DNA from: Chlorokybus atmophyticus
Taxonomy: Eukaryota > Plantae > Mesostigma and Chlorokybus algae
Direction: 5' to 3'
Length of the DNA: 45,324 nt
Assembly: GCA_009103225.1 (NCBI GenBank)
Contig: RHPI01000026.1
Span: 258,558-303,881, forward strand
Shown here: positions 12,447 through 25,199 of the stretch, piece after piece
How the letters are laid out: every line of letters starts with the position of its first letter
How positions within the stretch are numbered: the stretch's first letter is position 1
Position numbers and translations under genes: made by a program
The notes under the pieces: model-generated
Told to the model about the DNA's origin: nothing
The model's database searches: none
What the model saw: only the letters and a program-made list of their open reading frames with translations

Positions 12447-13640
12447 CCCACGGCCCAAATAGTTTAAACGTGGTGCCCAAGTACCCAAAAACACCATCAA
12501 CCCTGAAAGCTACCCATACAACTGTGCTTTGAGTAAGCGTACCTTTCGTGTAGGTAACGGTGCATGATGACAGCACTTCTCCATGTGCCTTGACCAGAGT
12601 AACACCACACTGGAAGGCGCTCTGTGCGGCACTACGCCTGAAAGAGTGCAACCCCTGGTGCGGCCAATACATGCCACACGCCATGCAACAGCGCACCATT
12701 GCATGGTATGCACAGTTACCAGACATGCTATGTTCTTCCCACTTCAACCTATTCTTATCAACAGGCCGAAATAGAGGACCAGCAATGATGTCAAAAGAGC
12801 TCTTGCAACAGTAGGTTAGATTGGCATAGAGCACCCTAGAGAACTCCACAAGCAAACCACTGCGGCGCACTTGCATAGTGGGTGCGCCCCCGGTGCTGTA
12901 ATTCTTTAGATGTGTTTTGGTGGCCGTTAGCTCAGAACCTGCCGCTTGTACCTCGTGCATCTGTAAGTGCGCACCTTCACCACCCCGTTGCCATGTGCAC
13001 AATAGGTATATGCAAAGTGCATAATCGCGCCAGAGCATAGCCTTGTCATGTGTGACTGTTAATTGCTGAGGTATGGTAGACAGCTGCTGCTGGAAGTATA
13101 GGATTAGCGTACGCATGTCATTAATGGCCAATGGCACAGCAGGAATATGTTGAACTCCTTGCCGAGCAGCAATCTTTGCGTATCCTTGTCAAAATCCGCG
13201 CACGTCTATAGACAAAAGCCGGTACCCTGTGGATAGGTCGCTGTCCCAAGGGCTGATGCGCCCTAGAAGTCTAAACGAGCATGTGAGATGGGAGATCACA
13301 TTGTCCAGTGTGGTGCTGGCGATTATGCAATAACCATGGCGGTTGGGCCTGCGAGCTTTGCCAATGTGTGTGTCGGTCCAGTGCCCAGCAAGGTAGCTTG
13401 TGAACAGCTGGGGTGACATTGGCGACGGCAATGTTGAGATCAGGATGTTGCAGGTAGTTGGCGAACTCTTGCCAGTCGCGATCGCGTTGATCGCGAGTGC
13501 CATCAGGTATAGCTTCGTGGCTGATGCGCTCTACTTCCAAAAGCGCTGCCGCTGCTTGCTCTCGCAAGTTACAGCTGGTGACTTGTTGCGGACGCACAGT
13601 CGCGCGTGCGGTGCGTTGGGCATCAGCGGTATGTTGTAAG
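12442..13640 (-). pseudogene. Tyrosine recombinase (YR), frameshifted
   Basis: Catalytic set WQRGGE (R), KTHLKN (K), PLFRP, GLHSFRRSAAQ (HxxR), VTY (Y); N-terminal helical part IPDGTRDQRDRDWQEFANYL in ORF 13271-13717. Confidence 0.88.
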
Positions 13641-13831
13641 CGCTGTGCGAAGTCCATCTGCACAGCAATCATACACATGGTTAGACAGCTGCACACAACA
13701 ATCTGCGCAAGAATCAAATTCTATTGGATAATCGAGCACATCTATTTTGATTTGCAATTTTAGCAACACAAGTACACCAGGCTCTACACCTACAACTCTT
13801 CCTTATTCATATATGCTTATGCGGGGGAGGT

Positions 13832-14597
13832 AGAATGTTCAATGCCTTCACAGTCGTTCATCGCGTACACCATACTTGTAACAATGAACGCATATATTTG
13901 TAGGGCTTAGGTGTTCTTGCCAAAGTTGGACTGTAGGTAGGATAATTGTTTCAAACAAAAGGAATGTAAATTGTTCATCGTGTGCAAAGTAGTGTAATGG
14001 GCATTACTCGTCGGCTCCAACTATTGGCCGGCGAGTTATGTTTAACACATTAACACAGATTAGTAAGCAATCAATATATATAACTTAAGTTAGGGTTTGC
14101 CTCTATTGCTTGACACACGCGTGTCAAGCAACAGAGGCAGTTGCGGCCGTCACCTTAGCGGCGGCGTTGCTAGCGACGCTGCTGGTGACGGCCAAAAGTT
14201 CGCCCCTTCCCGCCCCACCCTTATGCGCCGCCGCGCTTCAAAAACGATGCACCTCGTCTCGATTGCGCTTTTAAGTGCATACTCATGCTCAGAACGAGAT
14301 AAATGGATCGTGAACCTGGATGCATTCGTGAGTAGGATCCGGGTTACATCGGCAGCGTGCTGCTGACCGTGCGATATTACTGTCACATCGACGGCATTCC
14401 GCATCATTGCTAGCCACGGTCGGTACATCTCAGATGTTTAATGCATTCAGAGTCGTTCATCGCGTAAACTGTACTTTTAACAATGAATGTATATGATCGT
14501 AGGGCTTAAGTGTTCTTGCGAAAGTTGGACTGTAAGTAGGATGATTGTTTAAAACAAAAGGAATGTAAATTGTTCATCGTGTGCAAAGTAGTATAAT
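13832..14597 (+). repeat. Direct repeat pair 13832-13998 / 14432-14597 (candidate B1/B2 split direct repeats)
   Basis: agtcgttcatcgcgt...tagggctta.gtgttcttgc.aaagttggactgta.gtagga...aaacaaaaggaatgtaaattgttcatcgtgtgcaaagtagt is present twice, with scattered substitutions. Confidence 0.85.
14098..14139. repeat. Hairpin, 19-bp stem with one mismatch, 4-nt loop
   Basis: TGCCTCTATTGCTTGACAC-ACGC-GTGTCAAGCAACAGAGGCA. Confidence 0.85.
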
Positions 14598-15169
14598 ATC
14601 TTTAATGTACTGTTGGGTGTGATGCAGTATCGCACAGTTCACTGCAAGTATACAGCAGGTGACAAGCAGCTCACAACATCATTGCATGCATGGTACAATC
14701 TTCCCTCGATTTAAGAATCACGTTCATCCTTTACCCCTTTCATTCCATTAACGGGGTTATTCTCTTGGTAATCAGGAGAATATGTATTCTCTTACCGTTA
14801 ATAGCATAGTTATGCTCTTAATAAGACTACCACCAAAAACATGCATGTGCGTTTAAGAGAATATATGCTACTAACGAGGTGCTTTCGCAAAACATGCTTA
14901 TGGTCATGGGTACTTATGTTATGGTGCGTGGTATGCGAGTGTATGCATCGTAATCACATACGTATATAATATACTGTTGTACTGTAGCATAGAGGCTAAT
15001 AAATGGGCCAAGTTTGTGCTCATGTCCGTGTATACGCGCGTGTGCGCATGCGCAAATGTGTGTGCACATATCACTTGCTTGTATGTGTTAGTATTTACCA
15101 TGCGTATACCAAGTAAGCATCACGAACACATGCATTACAATCACCACTCATTGGTTCAAGTGATGCATG

Positions 15170-17111
15170 CTACTCTACCATAACAGGCTCATCGGCAGTG
15201 CCACCACTGCTAGCCTCATGCACGGTATCACCCGCTGTGAAAAAGTCTTGGATGCGAGAAGGACGCCCAGCATCATATATTTGATGCTTGATGACCACAT
15301 TACGCAGCTGACATAATGTGAGCTGATGATGCTCAGAGATGGGGCACTCGTTGATAGTAATGAACACCTCCACACCATCGAGGAACTTCATGCACTCCGC
15401 CACCGTGACGCGCGGCGACACAACCTCCTCGCAATCATTTATAACACACCTCTGTGTGAACTCTCAGTCACAAAGTTGCACGCATGCATGTTTGTGCACA
15501 ATGCACTACATGTCCTCACCATCAGCCTCAGTAGCCTCAGCCTCAACAGCAGGCTTAAGAAGGCCAACGCTGTCCATCATGTCCTCATCACCACGACCAG
15601 CCTCGGTCTAGACGATCTCATCCGCATGTACGAACTCATCAGGACAGCATCTCTGTGCGTGGAATGGGGAGACGCTACATGATGTCGCCAATCTCTTGCA
15701 CAACAGCCTGCTCACATGCATCGCCGTCGGGACTAGGCTCGTGCCAGGATGCAGGAGTGACGCCACTTCTTCCAGCAATTCTTCATGGCGGTGAGCTCGC
15801 CGTACACCTCGCGACGCCATATAATCGTCTCTCAAAGCTGCACTTTCACTTTGCTCGGATCGGCTGTGGGGTCGGCATCATATTGCTGCAACAAGTGTGC
15901 AACAAGCTTCTGCTTGTACCTATCACACATCACGGGGGAACACATATTTAACTCCGACATACAAGGGGGTCCGCCCCCCCCCCNNNNNNNNNNNNNNNNN
16001 NNNNNNNNNNNNNNNNNNNNNNNNNNNNNNNNNNNNNNNNNNNNNNNNNNNNNNNNNNNNNNNNNNNNNNNNNNNNNNNNNNNNNNNNNNNNNNNNNNNN
16101 NNNNNNNNNNNCCGCCGCGCTCAAATCTCACAAGTTGTCATGATTGATCGGCTTGTTGCTTACCAAAGCAATGCAGCAATTGCAAGGAAAGCAATGTGTA
16201 CCTGGCTTCAAACGCTGCAATGATGCTAGCGTAAAAAGGCTAAACCTTGCTGATCGTGTCGGGAGGCAGGAACATGCACTTTTACTTTCGCTTTAACTTT
16301 CACGTTGTCCACCTCCAGCGTCTTAAACCCCCTTCTCCGTGCCCACCACATCATACTTGCAGGCGTGTGTAGCGGAGTTGTTCAGCAGCAGCAGAACTTT
16401 GCTCTTCTGCAGCATCATCTGAAAGGCGAAGTTGTACATCCAGCGGCTGAAGATCTGCATAGCATACGACGTTCAATCGCATGCCATATTCACAATCAAA
16501 CTGGCAGTTGACAACACCTTACCTCCGAAATTCATCCAAGCATTCTGGTTGTTCTCGTACTCAACGCCAATGCGAATGGGAGTCCATGTGCTCCCGAATT
16601 ACTTTGACCTTTTGGATGTATCAACGACTAGAAGTGGCAACTTCTTGGACCCATCTGCATTCACACACAGCGCCATTGTGAATCTGTTCTTCTTTCTCTT
16701 CCCCCCTCGAACTTCCTCGCTGGCAGTGACCAGTGCGCGACGTGGATGGGCTATTGAACACGCCACTCTCGTCCATGAAAAAAGTGTTGGGGGGGCTATA
16801 CTCCTTTTGAAATTTTTGGCAAGTCCGCACGGGCCATATCCACCTCTTGATATGCATCATTCGCTTCACCGTGCAGAGCTTTGACAGATATGGCATGACG
16901 TTGCTTGAATCGATGCACCCACCCGTGTGATGCATTAAAATCTTCTATGCCAAGTTTGCTAGCAAAGTTTAGACTCTTCTCTATCAAGATTTGATCCGTG
17001 ATAGTGGCATTGCAAGCACAAGTTTGTGTGAACCATGTGTACAAAGCCTTAAACCTAGGGATGAGCGGCAAGACGTATTCGCTTTGTAGATGCAGCAAAG
17101 TTTCCTCCTTG
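15170..17111 (-). pseudogene. pogo/Tigger transposase, CENP-B HTH plus DDE_1 C-terminal part
   Basis: ALYTWF...ILIEK...FNASHGWVHRFKQRH (Tc5/CENP-B HTH), FMDESGVF (first D), DLQPLDV, RYKQKLVAHLL, NCWKK, C-terminal IQDFF; contains the N gap 15984-16111. Confidence 0.9.
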
Positions 17112-17594
17112 TGTCAAGGGCTTTTCCCTTATTTAAGGTTTTCACCTTGACATCATTTTATATGATCTTGATTGGTCAATTATATGCTAAGCTCCATTGG
17201 TTCCTCGCTCTATGCTTAAATAAGACTTATATAAGGGTCTTAATTAAGCATAGAGCCAATGTCAAGGGTTTTTCCTTTATTTAAGGTTTTCACCTTGACA
17301 TCATTTGATATGACTTTAATTGGTCATTTATATGCCAAGCTCTATTGCTTCCTCGCTCCATGATTTATTAAGATACTTATATGAGTCTTATTTAAGCTAC
17401 GAGTCCCAACGGGTGATATCCGCGATTCTTACCCTAATTGATTGATAATAATTAAACTGGTCATAGCTATGGCTGATAGTGAGTGGGGGAACGGGGTTCT
17501 TGACGCGACAATCATGGCGGCGGCATGGGTAGGGTCGTTGGCGTGGGTGTTAGGGTAAAGGATTTAAGGGGGAGTTGGCATTTCTCCGTTCACA
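17112..17594 (+). repeat. Gypsy-2 5' LTR with a duplicated 5' part (17112-17259, then a full copy 17260-17594)
   Basis: TGTCAAGGG.TTTT.C.TTATTTAAGGTTTTCACCTTGACA occurs at 17112, 17260 and 41165. Confidence 0.9.
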
Positions 17595-17596
17595 TT

Positions 17597-17608
17597 TGGT
17601 ATCGGAGC
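17597..17608 (+). promoter_or_regulatory. Primer-binding site (tRNA-iMet type)
   Basis: TGGTATCGGAGC two bases after the LTR end. Confidence 0.9.
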
Positions 17609-18324
17609 AAGGTCCTTCTTGTGGGTGAGCCTTATTGTAATTATTGTGGTTATGTATGACGGTAGAGCAGCGCCGCCGTTCACATCCTCCAGACCAAAAG
17701 CTTAGCAAGCCACCTACTGCGCAGCCTACTGCGCAACCTCCTGTGACAGGAGTCCTGTCACGCAACCTGCGTCGCAACAAGTACCATCGTATCGACAGCC
17801 GGACTAACTGCCGCGCGCGACAGTTCCTGCCCCCTGCGGTCGACCGCCGCCAGGCCAGCAGCAACCAAAGCCTGGCAAGTTGCCGCGACCAGCTATACTT
17901 TCAACCTAAACACATAGATAATTAGCTTGTGTAGGTTGTTTTGTGCTAATTCGGCCCCTCTTCCTTGTGGGAAGGTGGATGTGCGTGAGTGTTTGCTGGC
18001 TCGTGTGCATTGTGTGCGTATCTGTGCACCATTAATAGCAAAGAGAGCCTCTCGAGATAATTCCCTCATTAATCGAGGGAGCCTCTCGGATATTCCTCTG
18101 CGCTGCAGTAGAGCACTTAATCACTGAGTTTCTTTTCTTTGCATCGCTATAGGTGACACCACTCACTCACACGTTAACACCATTCTGTGAGTGGCATTGC
18201 ACTCAATTCTACAATACTAGCAGCCCCAGGCATAAGACTTGTTGTTGGTTGTTATAGCAAGCTTTGCTTGCTTGCACAACTCTGTTTGCTTACACAGCAT
18301 TGTTCTTACAAGCTGTATTCAGAC

Positions 18325-19765
18325 ATGGCAAAAGGCAAGTCAAAAAAGACATCTCACGGCACTTTGAATCCCCCGCTTACCGCTACGCAAGTAGAGGGGT
18401 AAAAGGAGGATACAGTTGTTAACCCACAGGATGAGATTTAAGGGGCCATTCTCCTCGAGCTCACCAAGCAAGAATGCTTTCTTTGCAGTCAACCCTACTC
18501 TGTGGGGGAGGCGATGCGTTTTGCAGGTGATGTACGAAGGCACCTTCTTGCTGGTAAACAGTTCGACAAACTAAAACCCGCTAGGCAGCAGCGCCTTATA
18601 CTTGATGTAGAGAAGCGGTTGAAAGATGTTGAACTGGGGGCAAGCCCATTAGAGTTACCGCAGACCTTGCTCAGATTGTGCATGTTGATGTTAATGAGCC
18701 TGGGAGAAAACTACACAGCAACAACCTGCACCAGCAGCTACTCTCACCACTTCAGAGGGAGCTCAACAGAGCCAACCTTTGTTGCAACCCATTGAGACCA
18801 GAAATAAATTCATTCAATGCGCATCTTTGACGCTGCTTCCAATAGCCCATGTTGCGCATTCCAATCTTTGGCACAGTATTATCGCCATCAGGAAGCGTTG
18901 GCGCGAGGCGTTACTTCTCGATTGGCGAATGCAGAGTCATTGATCTCTCATCTGTCTCAGCAAGTGACGGCATTGCGCTCTGCACCCGCAAGCAGTATGT
19001 CTGTCAGTGCCAAGATGGCATTGGTCAAGCCATCCAAGTTTGATCCCACTGACAGGAAAAACTTCTATTAAAAAGTGGGTCATGTCCATCAACAACTGGT
19101 TGGCCTTAGCCAATGACATGTCAGAGGAGGACAAGTTCAACATTGTTCTCAATTAGCACCAGCTGAGGTGCAGATGCAGCATGAGCAAGGGCAAGTTTGC
19201 CAGTACCATGCAAGCACTGCTGGACTACATGCGCAGTCACTACCAGAGTGTTGCCCCTTGGGTGGAAGCAGATAAGAAGTTGGCCCAACTTCGAATGGGC
19301 ATCAAGAGTGATGTGTATGCGCGCGAGTGGCGCTTGTTGGTTGATAAAGTCAACTAAGGACCACTTCCATATGATGCGGCTGCACAGATGCGCTCCTTTC
19401 GCAGTGGATTGCGCACGGATCTCGTCACCAGCTTGCAGCTGAGAGGGGACAGCACTGTGTGGGGGCCTGGGGATCTGGATGAGCACATTAAGGCTATTTT
19501 CAGTCTCGACCACTTTCTGCAATCTACTAAAGCAACTTATTCTGAGGATACAGCTGCAGTGTCAGTGCAGAAAAATAGAGAGCACACGGATGGCAAACGT
19601 GGAGCACCTCAGCAGTCTAAGAGGTCCCGCTTCGATAAGCCAAAGGTGACTTGTGCTTCTTGCAGGAAGCCTGGTCACACGGCAGATTGTTGTCGGCAAT
19701 TGCACCCTGAGCTCAAGGCCTCTGCGCCTCAAAAAATGGGCAAGGGCAAATGCCAGAAGACTTAG
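18325..19765 (+). pseudogene. gag: Gypsy-2 gag with CCHC zinc knuckle
   Basis: MAKGKSKK start, VKPSKFDP, GLRTDL, CASCRKPGHTADC; stops and frameshifts. Confidence 0.8.
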
Positions 19766-20014
19766 CAGCAGCCGTAGGGATTGGCCATGGCCACTGTGCC
19801 AAGAGACGTTGGTTTGGAGATTATATCTGTTTTACGTACACATGGTGTTACACATGCTTGGTTTGATCATAATACGTTGCCTGTATTGCGGCGTGATGAA
19901 CCAGTGCATGATGCGCTTGTGTTACTTTCGTGCAAACCAGCAGACTTAGCAACAAATTTAGCAGAGTTTGCTATGTTTTAAAAACAGCATCCTGCTATCA
20001 CAAGGTATGTCCTC

Positions 20015-23000
20015 ATGCTATGCTATCATGGCTCATGGTCCAAATGGACACTACATGGACACCTTGTGGCTCAATTCAAGCGGACAACCGATATGCCTAC
20101 TTGCATGAAATTGGTGGTGCTTCCGCCGCACAGTGACCATGCACTTGTGGCCGCATTTGATGGTCATCTTATTCCCTTACCATGGACCTTTCAGGTTTCT
20201 TTAGCGGGTGATCATGCTTCATTTGTGTTGGACACCGCTGCTACACATAGCTTCATTGATCATTCTTTGTTTAAACGCTTATCGTTGGCTATGTCACTAG
20301 CAAACATGCTGTTGCATGCCACAGCGCGCAACGCTTTGCCTCTATATGGCGTGGTCAATGCACGCATGCGCATTGGTGCATACTCGAACGTGTTTAAGCT
20401 GTTAGTCACAAATCTTGGGGATTGACAATACTGATGTTATACTGGGGCTTGATTGGCAACAAGCTGTGCGTCTGACTCTAAACACATGTGCGAAAACATG
20501 TTTTGTACGCAAAGGTAAGCGTAAAGTTACACTCACCACGCAATCGCGACGAACTTTGCCTGAGCCTGCTGTAAATGCTTTGCAAGCTAAACGTGTGTAT
20601 CGCAAGCACAAATCAATGGCCTTTTTTGCTCATGTACGTTCTTGTGCCGATGCCAACAGCGCTGCCATAAATGGCATTCCTGAAATGCAACAAGTGGTGA
20701 CCACATTCAGCAATGTCTTTGCTGACGCTTTGCCGGAGCCACCACCGGATAGCGGTAATGGTCATACCAATCCTATTGAACCAGGTTCTGCCCCTCCTTC
20801 ACGACCTACCTATAGGCTCAATCCTGTAGAGAGGGTAGAAATGGAAAAGCAAATTACTGAGTTATTGGCTAAAGGTTTGATTCAGCCGAGTAAATCCCCA
20901 TACGGCTCTCCCATTCTCTTTATGAGAAAGAAAAACGGGAAGCTACGCATGTGTGTGGATTATCGCGCATTGAACAAGATCACGATCAATATTGGTACCC
21001 TTTACCACGCATTGATGTTATGCTGGACTCATTATGGGAGTAAGTACTTTACATCACTTGGCTTGACCAGTGGTTATCATCCAATCCGGTTGCATCCTGA
21101 TGATGCGCATACTGCTTTCAGAACGCCGATTGGCCATTATGAATACAAGGTGTTGCCGTTTGAGTTGACCAACGCACCCGCAGTCTTTCAAGCCGAGATA
21201 TATATAAATGCTGCGTTTGGCGACTTGCTTATCAAGTGTGCAAAGGTCTACCTGGATGACATCATCGTTCATAGTAATGACCTGGATGAACATCAACAAC
21301 ATGTGGCAATCGTTCTTGAGCGGTCGCAAAAGCACAAGTTGTTTGCCAACCTCAGCCTATGCAATGGTGGTAAGCAGGAGTTGCCATACTTGGGGCACAT
21401 TGTTGGTGCTGATGGCATCAAGCCTGATTCTACTAAAGTTAAGGTCGTGGACGATTGGCCTACGCCTCGCAATCAGCATGAGCTGATGCCATTTTTGGGC
21501 TCGGCTAACTACTTTCGACATTTTATACTTGGTTACAGTTCATTGACTTTGCCGTTGACAACATTGTTGCGGAAAGGGCAATGCTTTACATGGGATGCAA
21601 AAAACGACGAATCCATGCGCATGATCAAGCGTGCACTAACATCAGCACCTGTACTGACAATGCCGGATTGGAAGAAACAAATCATTGTGATAATTGATAC
21701 TTCCAAGTTGGGGTGTGGGGCGGTGCTTATGCAAGACGATCGTGTGTGTGCGTGTGAGTCTCGCAAGTTCATTCCGGCTGAGGTCAACTATACCACTACT
21801 GTGCAAGAACTATTGGGGGTGGTGCATGCACTGAAAACGTGGCGTTGCTATCTCGAGGGCGTACACTTTAAAGTGATAATAGACCACAACCCCCTCGTGT
21901 TCTTTCAAACTCGGCCAATGCTTTCTCGTCGTCAGGCACGCTGGAATGAGTTTTTGTCTCGTTTTGATTTCGAATAATGCTATCGTCCTGGTCGTATGAA
22001 TGTGGCAAATGCATTAAGCCGCATAACGGTGATAATCAACAGCATTCAGGCATACATCAATGCCGTTGTCGCTGTTACACCAAACATATTCTTGTCACGT
22101 GTCAAGACGGGGTGCAAGTGTGACTTTTGGTGTAACAACCATGAACACGTGACGGCTTTGAATTGCGGGATGGACTATGGTATAAGGGCAATGCTCTTGT
22201 CATACCTGATCATGATGGCTTGCGCACTGAGTGCATCACTACTGTGCATGACCCCCCGCATGTTGGTCATTTTGTGCGGTCCAAGACTACTGCTGCAACT
22301 CAACGAAACTTTTATTGGCCCGGGTTGACAGTGGATGTCGATCGGTATGTTGCAACATGCGATGCATGTCAGCGCAACAAGCCGAGACGGCAAAGAATGT
22401 TCGGCCTTTTACAGCCATTGCCTATCCCATCGCTCGGTTGGGAGAGTGTTGGTATGGACCTTATCACTGCACTGCCTGAGACTACCTCAGGTCATACAGC
22501 GATTGTGGTGTTTGTGGACCGTTTGACGAAGATGGTTCACCTAGCTCCTTGCCGTACGGACACGGGTGCTTGGGAATTAGCTATGCTGTTCCTCTCCTCG
22601 GTGTTCCGTTTGCATGGTTTGCCACGCAACATGGTATCGGATAGAGATCCGAGATTTACGTCTCAGCTTTGGAGATAAGTGTGTGACTTTTTGCACATTA
22701 ACCAACACATGAGCACTGCCTTTCAACCTCAGACGAATGGGCAAAGTGAACGTGTCAACGAGATTGTGGAAAAGACTTTGCGACATTATGTTGCGTCTAA
22801 TCAAACCGATTGGGATGTCTACTTACTGATGGCAGAATTTGCAATCATAATGCTTGGCAAGCGAGCATAAACGACACGCCCTTCTTTGCAAATTATGGCA
22901 AACACCCATTAAGGGTGGCTGATCTGAAGTTGCCACCTAGTTAGAAGGTGCCAGCTGCACGCGATCTTGTAAATTTTACCATCGGTTTAATTGCAATCAC

Positions 23001-23101
23001 GCACGCAACGAGCACGTGAGTGCATGCGTGCGGCGCAAGATCGATACAAAGCGTATGCTGATAAGCAACGGCGTATTGTTGAGTTTGAAATTGATAACAT
23101 A
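20015..23101 (+). pseudogene. pol: Gypsy-2 pol: protease, RT, RNase H, integrase (interrupted at 23101)
   Basis: FVLDTAATHSF; SPYGSPILF...KLRMCVDYRALN, YLDD, LPYLGHIV, IDTSKLG, IDHNPL; HDPPHVGH...FYWP...CDACQRNK, SVGMDLITALP, DRDPRFTS, QTNGQSERVN. Confidence 0.95.
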
Positions 23102-25175
23102 CACACCGATTGACGTCAAAGGACCATGAATGGTCCGTACCTCTGGACCGGGAATTCCCCCTGCTAAGTGAAATTGGTGGACCATATATGGTCGGACTGT
23201 CAATGACAGTCGGACCATGCATGGTCCAAACCTCACGTGAACGGTCCCATGTTTTTTTGGGGTCGCACCATCTATGGTGACCTGTTTGTATGAGTTTGCA
23301 AGGACCATGTATGGTGCAATGCCCCCTGGCGCAGAAGACCAGGCATGGTTTGTTACTTCCACATGTCTGGTGATCGACAGTCGCACCATGTACGGTCCAT
23401 GGATACGGACCGGAAGTCTTATTTTAAACTGACATATTTCAGACCATGCGTGGTGCGCTGCCCTCCTGGCTCAGTGGACCATTTATGGTGCCAGTCTGAT
23501 CGACAGTCGCACCATGCACGGTCCATGGATACGGACTTTGTTGTGCATATGTGGTCCACAAGCGGTACCATGCATGGTCCTAACAGACAACGCACCATAC
23601 ATGGTCTGATTGACAGTCGCACCATGCATGGTCTATCATGATGTCACAGCCATTGAAGCCATGCATGGTCCACAAGCGGCACCATGTCTGGTCCTAACAG
23701 ACAACGCACCACATGGTCTGATTGACAGTTGCACCACGCATGGTTTGTCATGATGTCACAGCCATTGAATCCATGCATGGTCTTAGCACTGGTGCCTGCA
23801 CCGTGCCCGGTGCATACAATCCGACACGCATGCAATTCACANNNNNNNNNNNNNNNNNNNNNNNNNNNNNNNNNNNNNNNNNNNNNNNNNNNNNNNNNNN
23901 NNNNNNNNNNNNNNNNNNNNNNNNNNNNNNNNNNNNNNNNNNNNNNNNNNNNNNNNNNNNNNNNNNNNNNNNNNNNNNNNNNNNNNNNNNNNNNNNNNNN
24001 NNNNNNNNNNNNNNNNNNNNNNNNNNNNNNNNNNNNNNNNNNNNNNNNNNNNNNNNNNNNNNNNNNNNNNNNNNNNNNNNNNNNNNNNNNNNNNNNNNNN
24101 NNNNNNNNNNNNNNNNNNNNNNNNNNNNNNNNNNNNNNNNNNNNNNNNNNNNNNNNNNNNNNNNNNNNNNNNNNNNNNNNNNNNNNNNNNNNNNNNNNNN
24201 NNNNNNNNNNNNNNNNNNNNNNNNNNNNNNNNNNNNNNNNNNNNNNNNNNNNNNNNNNNNNNNNNNNNNNNNNNNNNNNNNNNNNNNNNNNNNNNNNNNN
24301 NNNNNNNNNNNNNNNNNNNNNNNNNNNNNNNNNNNNNNNNNNNNNNNNNNNNNNNNNNNNNNNNNNNNNNNNNNNNNNNNNNNNNNNNNNNNNNNNNNNN
24401 NNNNNNNNNNNNNNNNNNNNNNNNNNNNNNNNNNNNNNNNNNNNNNNNNNNNNNNNNNNNNNNNNNNNNNNNNNNNNNNNNNNNNNNNNNNNNNNNNNNN
24501 NNNNNNNNNNNNNNNNNNNNNNNNNNNNNNNNNNNNNNNNNNNNNNNNNNNNNNNNNNNNNNNNNNNNNNNNNNNNNNNNNNNNNNNNNNNNNNNNNNNN
24601 NNNNNNTATGGTGACCTGTTTGTATGAGTTTGCAAGGACCATGTATGGTGCAATGCCCCCTGGCGCAGAAGACCAGGCATGGTTTGTTACTTCCACATGT
24701 CTGGTGATCGACAGTCGCACCATGTACGGTCCATGGATACGGACCGGAAGTCTTATTTTAAACTGACATATTTCAGACCATGCATGGTGCGCTGCCCTCC
24801 TGGCTCAGTGGACCATTTATGGTGCCAGTCTGATCGACAGTCGCACCATGCACGGTCCATGGATACGGACTTTGTTGTGCATATGTGGTCCACAAGCGGT
24901 ACCATGCATGGTCCTAACAGACAACGCACCATACATGGTCTGATTGACAGTCGCACCATGCATGGTCTATCATGATGTCACAGCCATTGAAGCCATGCAT
25001 GGTCCACAAGCGGCACCATGTCTGGTCCTAACAGACAACGCACCACATGGTCTGATTGACAGTTGCACCACGCATGGTTTGTCATGATGTCACAGCCATT
25101 GAATCCATGCATGGTCTTAGCACTGGTGCCTGCACCGTGCCCGGTGCATACAATCCGACACGCATGCAATTCACA
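23102..25175. repeat. Left subterminal repeat array (GGACCAT/ATGGTCC and GACAGTCGCACCATG units)
   Basis: Many copies in both orientations and ~110-nt tandem units at 23563-23790; includes an N gap and a probable assembly duplication. Confidence 0.88.
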
Positions 25176-25199
25176 GAAATGCTGTAATGGACTGTCAAA

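Larger units (their letters stand above)
11560..14597 (+). mobile_element. 5'-truncated tyrosine-recombinase retrotransposon (DIRS order, PAT/kangaroo-like)
   Basis: RNase H plus MT-like domain on +, tyrosine recombinase on -, 167-bp direct repeats downstream; no RT or gag recognised. Confidence 0.8.

Noticed and set aside
13832-14597. TRIM/mini LTR retrotransposon made of the 167-bp repeats
   Set aside because: No TG...CA ends, no PBS after the first repeat, no PPT before the second, and no TSD found.
17107-17119. TSD CCTTG is the reverse complement of CAAGG at the LTR start, hinting at homology-guided integration
   Set aside because: A single 5-nt match is easily chance, and Gypsy integrases do not use target homology.
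23150-23840. Regularly spaced short repeats resembling a CRISPR array
   Set aside because: They occur in both orientations with no unique spacers and no cas genes, at both ends of a CACTA element, so they are subterminal repeats.
23273-25175. 569-bp direct duplication (23273-23841 and 24607-25175) around an N gap
   Set aside because: The copies differ at only one site I could find and end exactly at the gap edges, which is typical of overlapping contig ends that were not merged. Probably an assembly artefact; long reads would decide.
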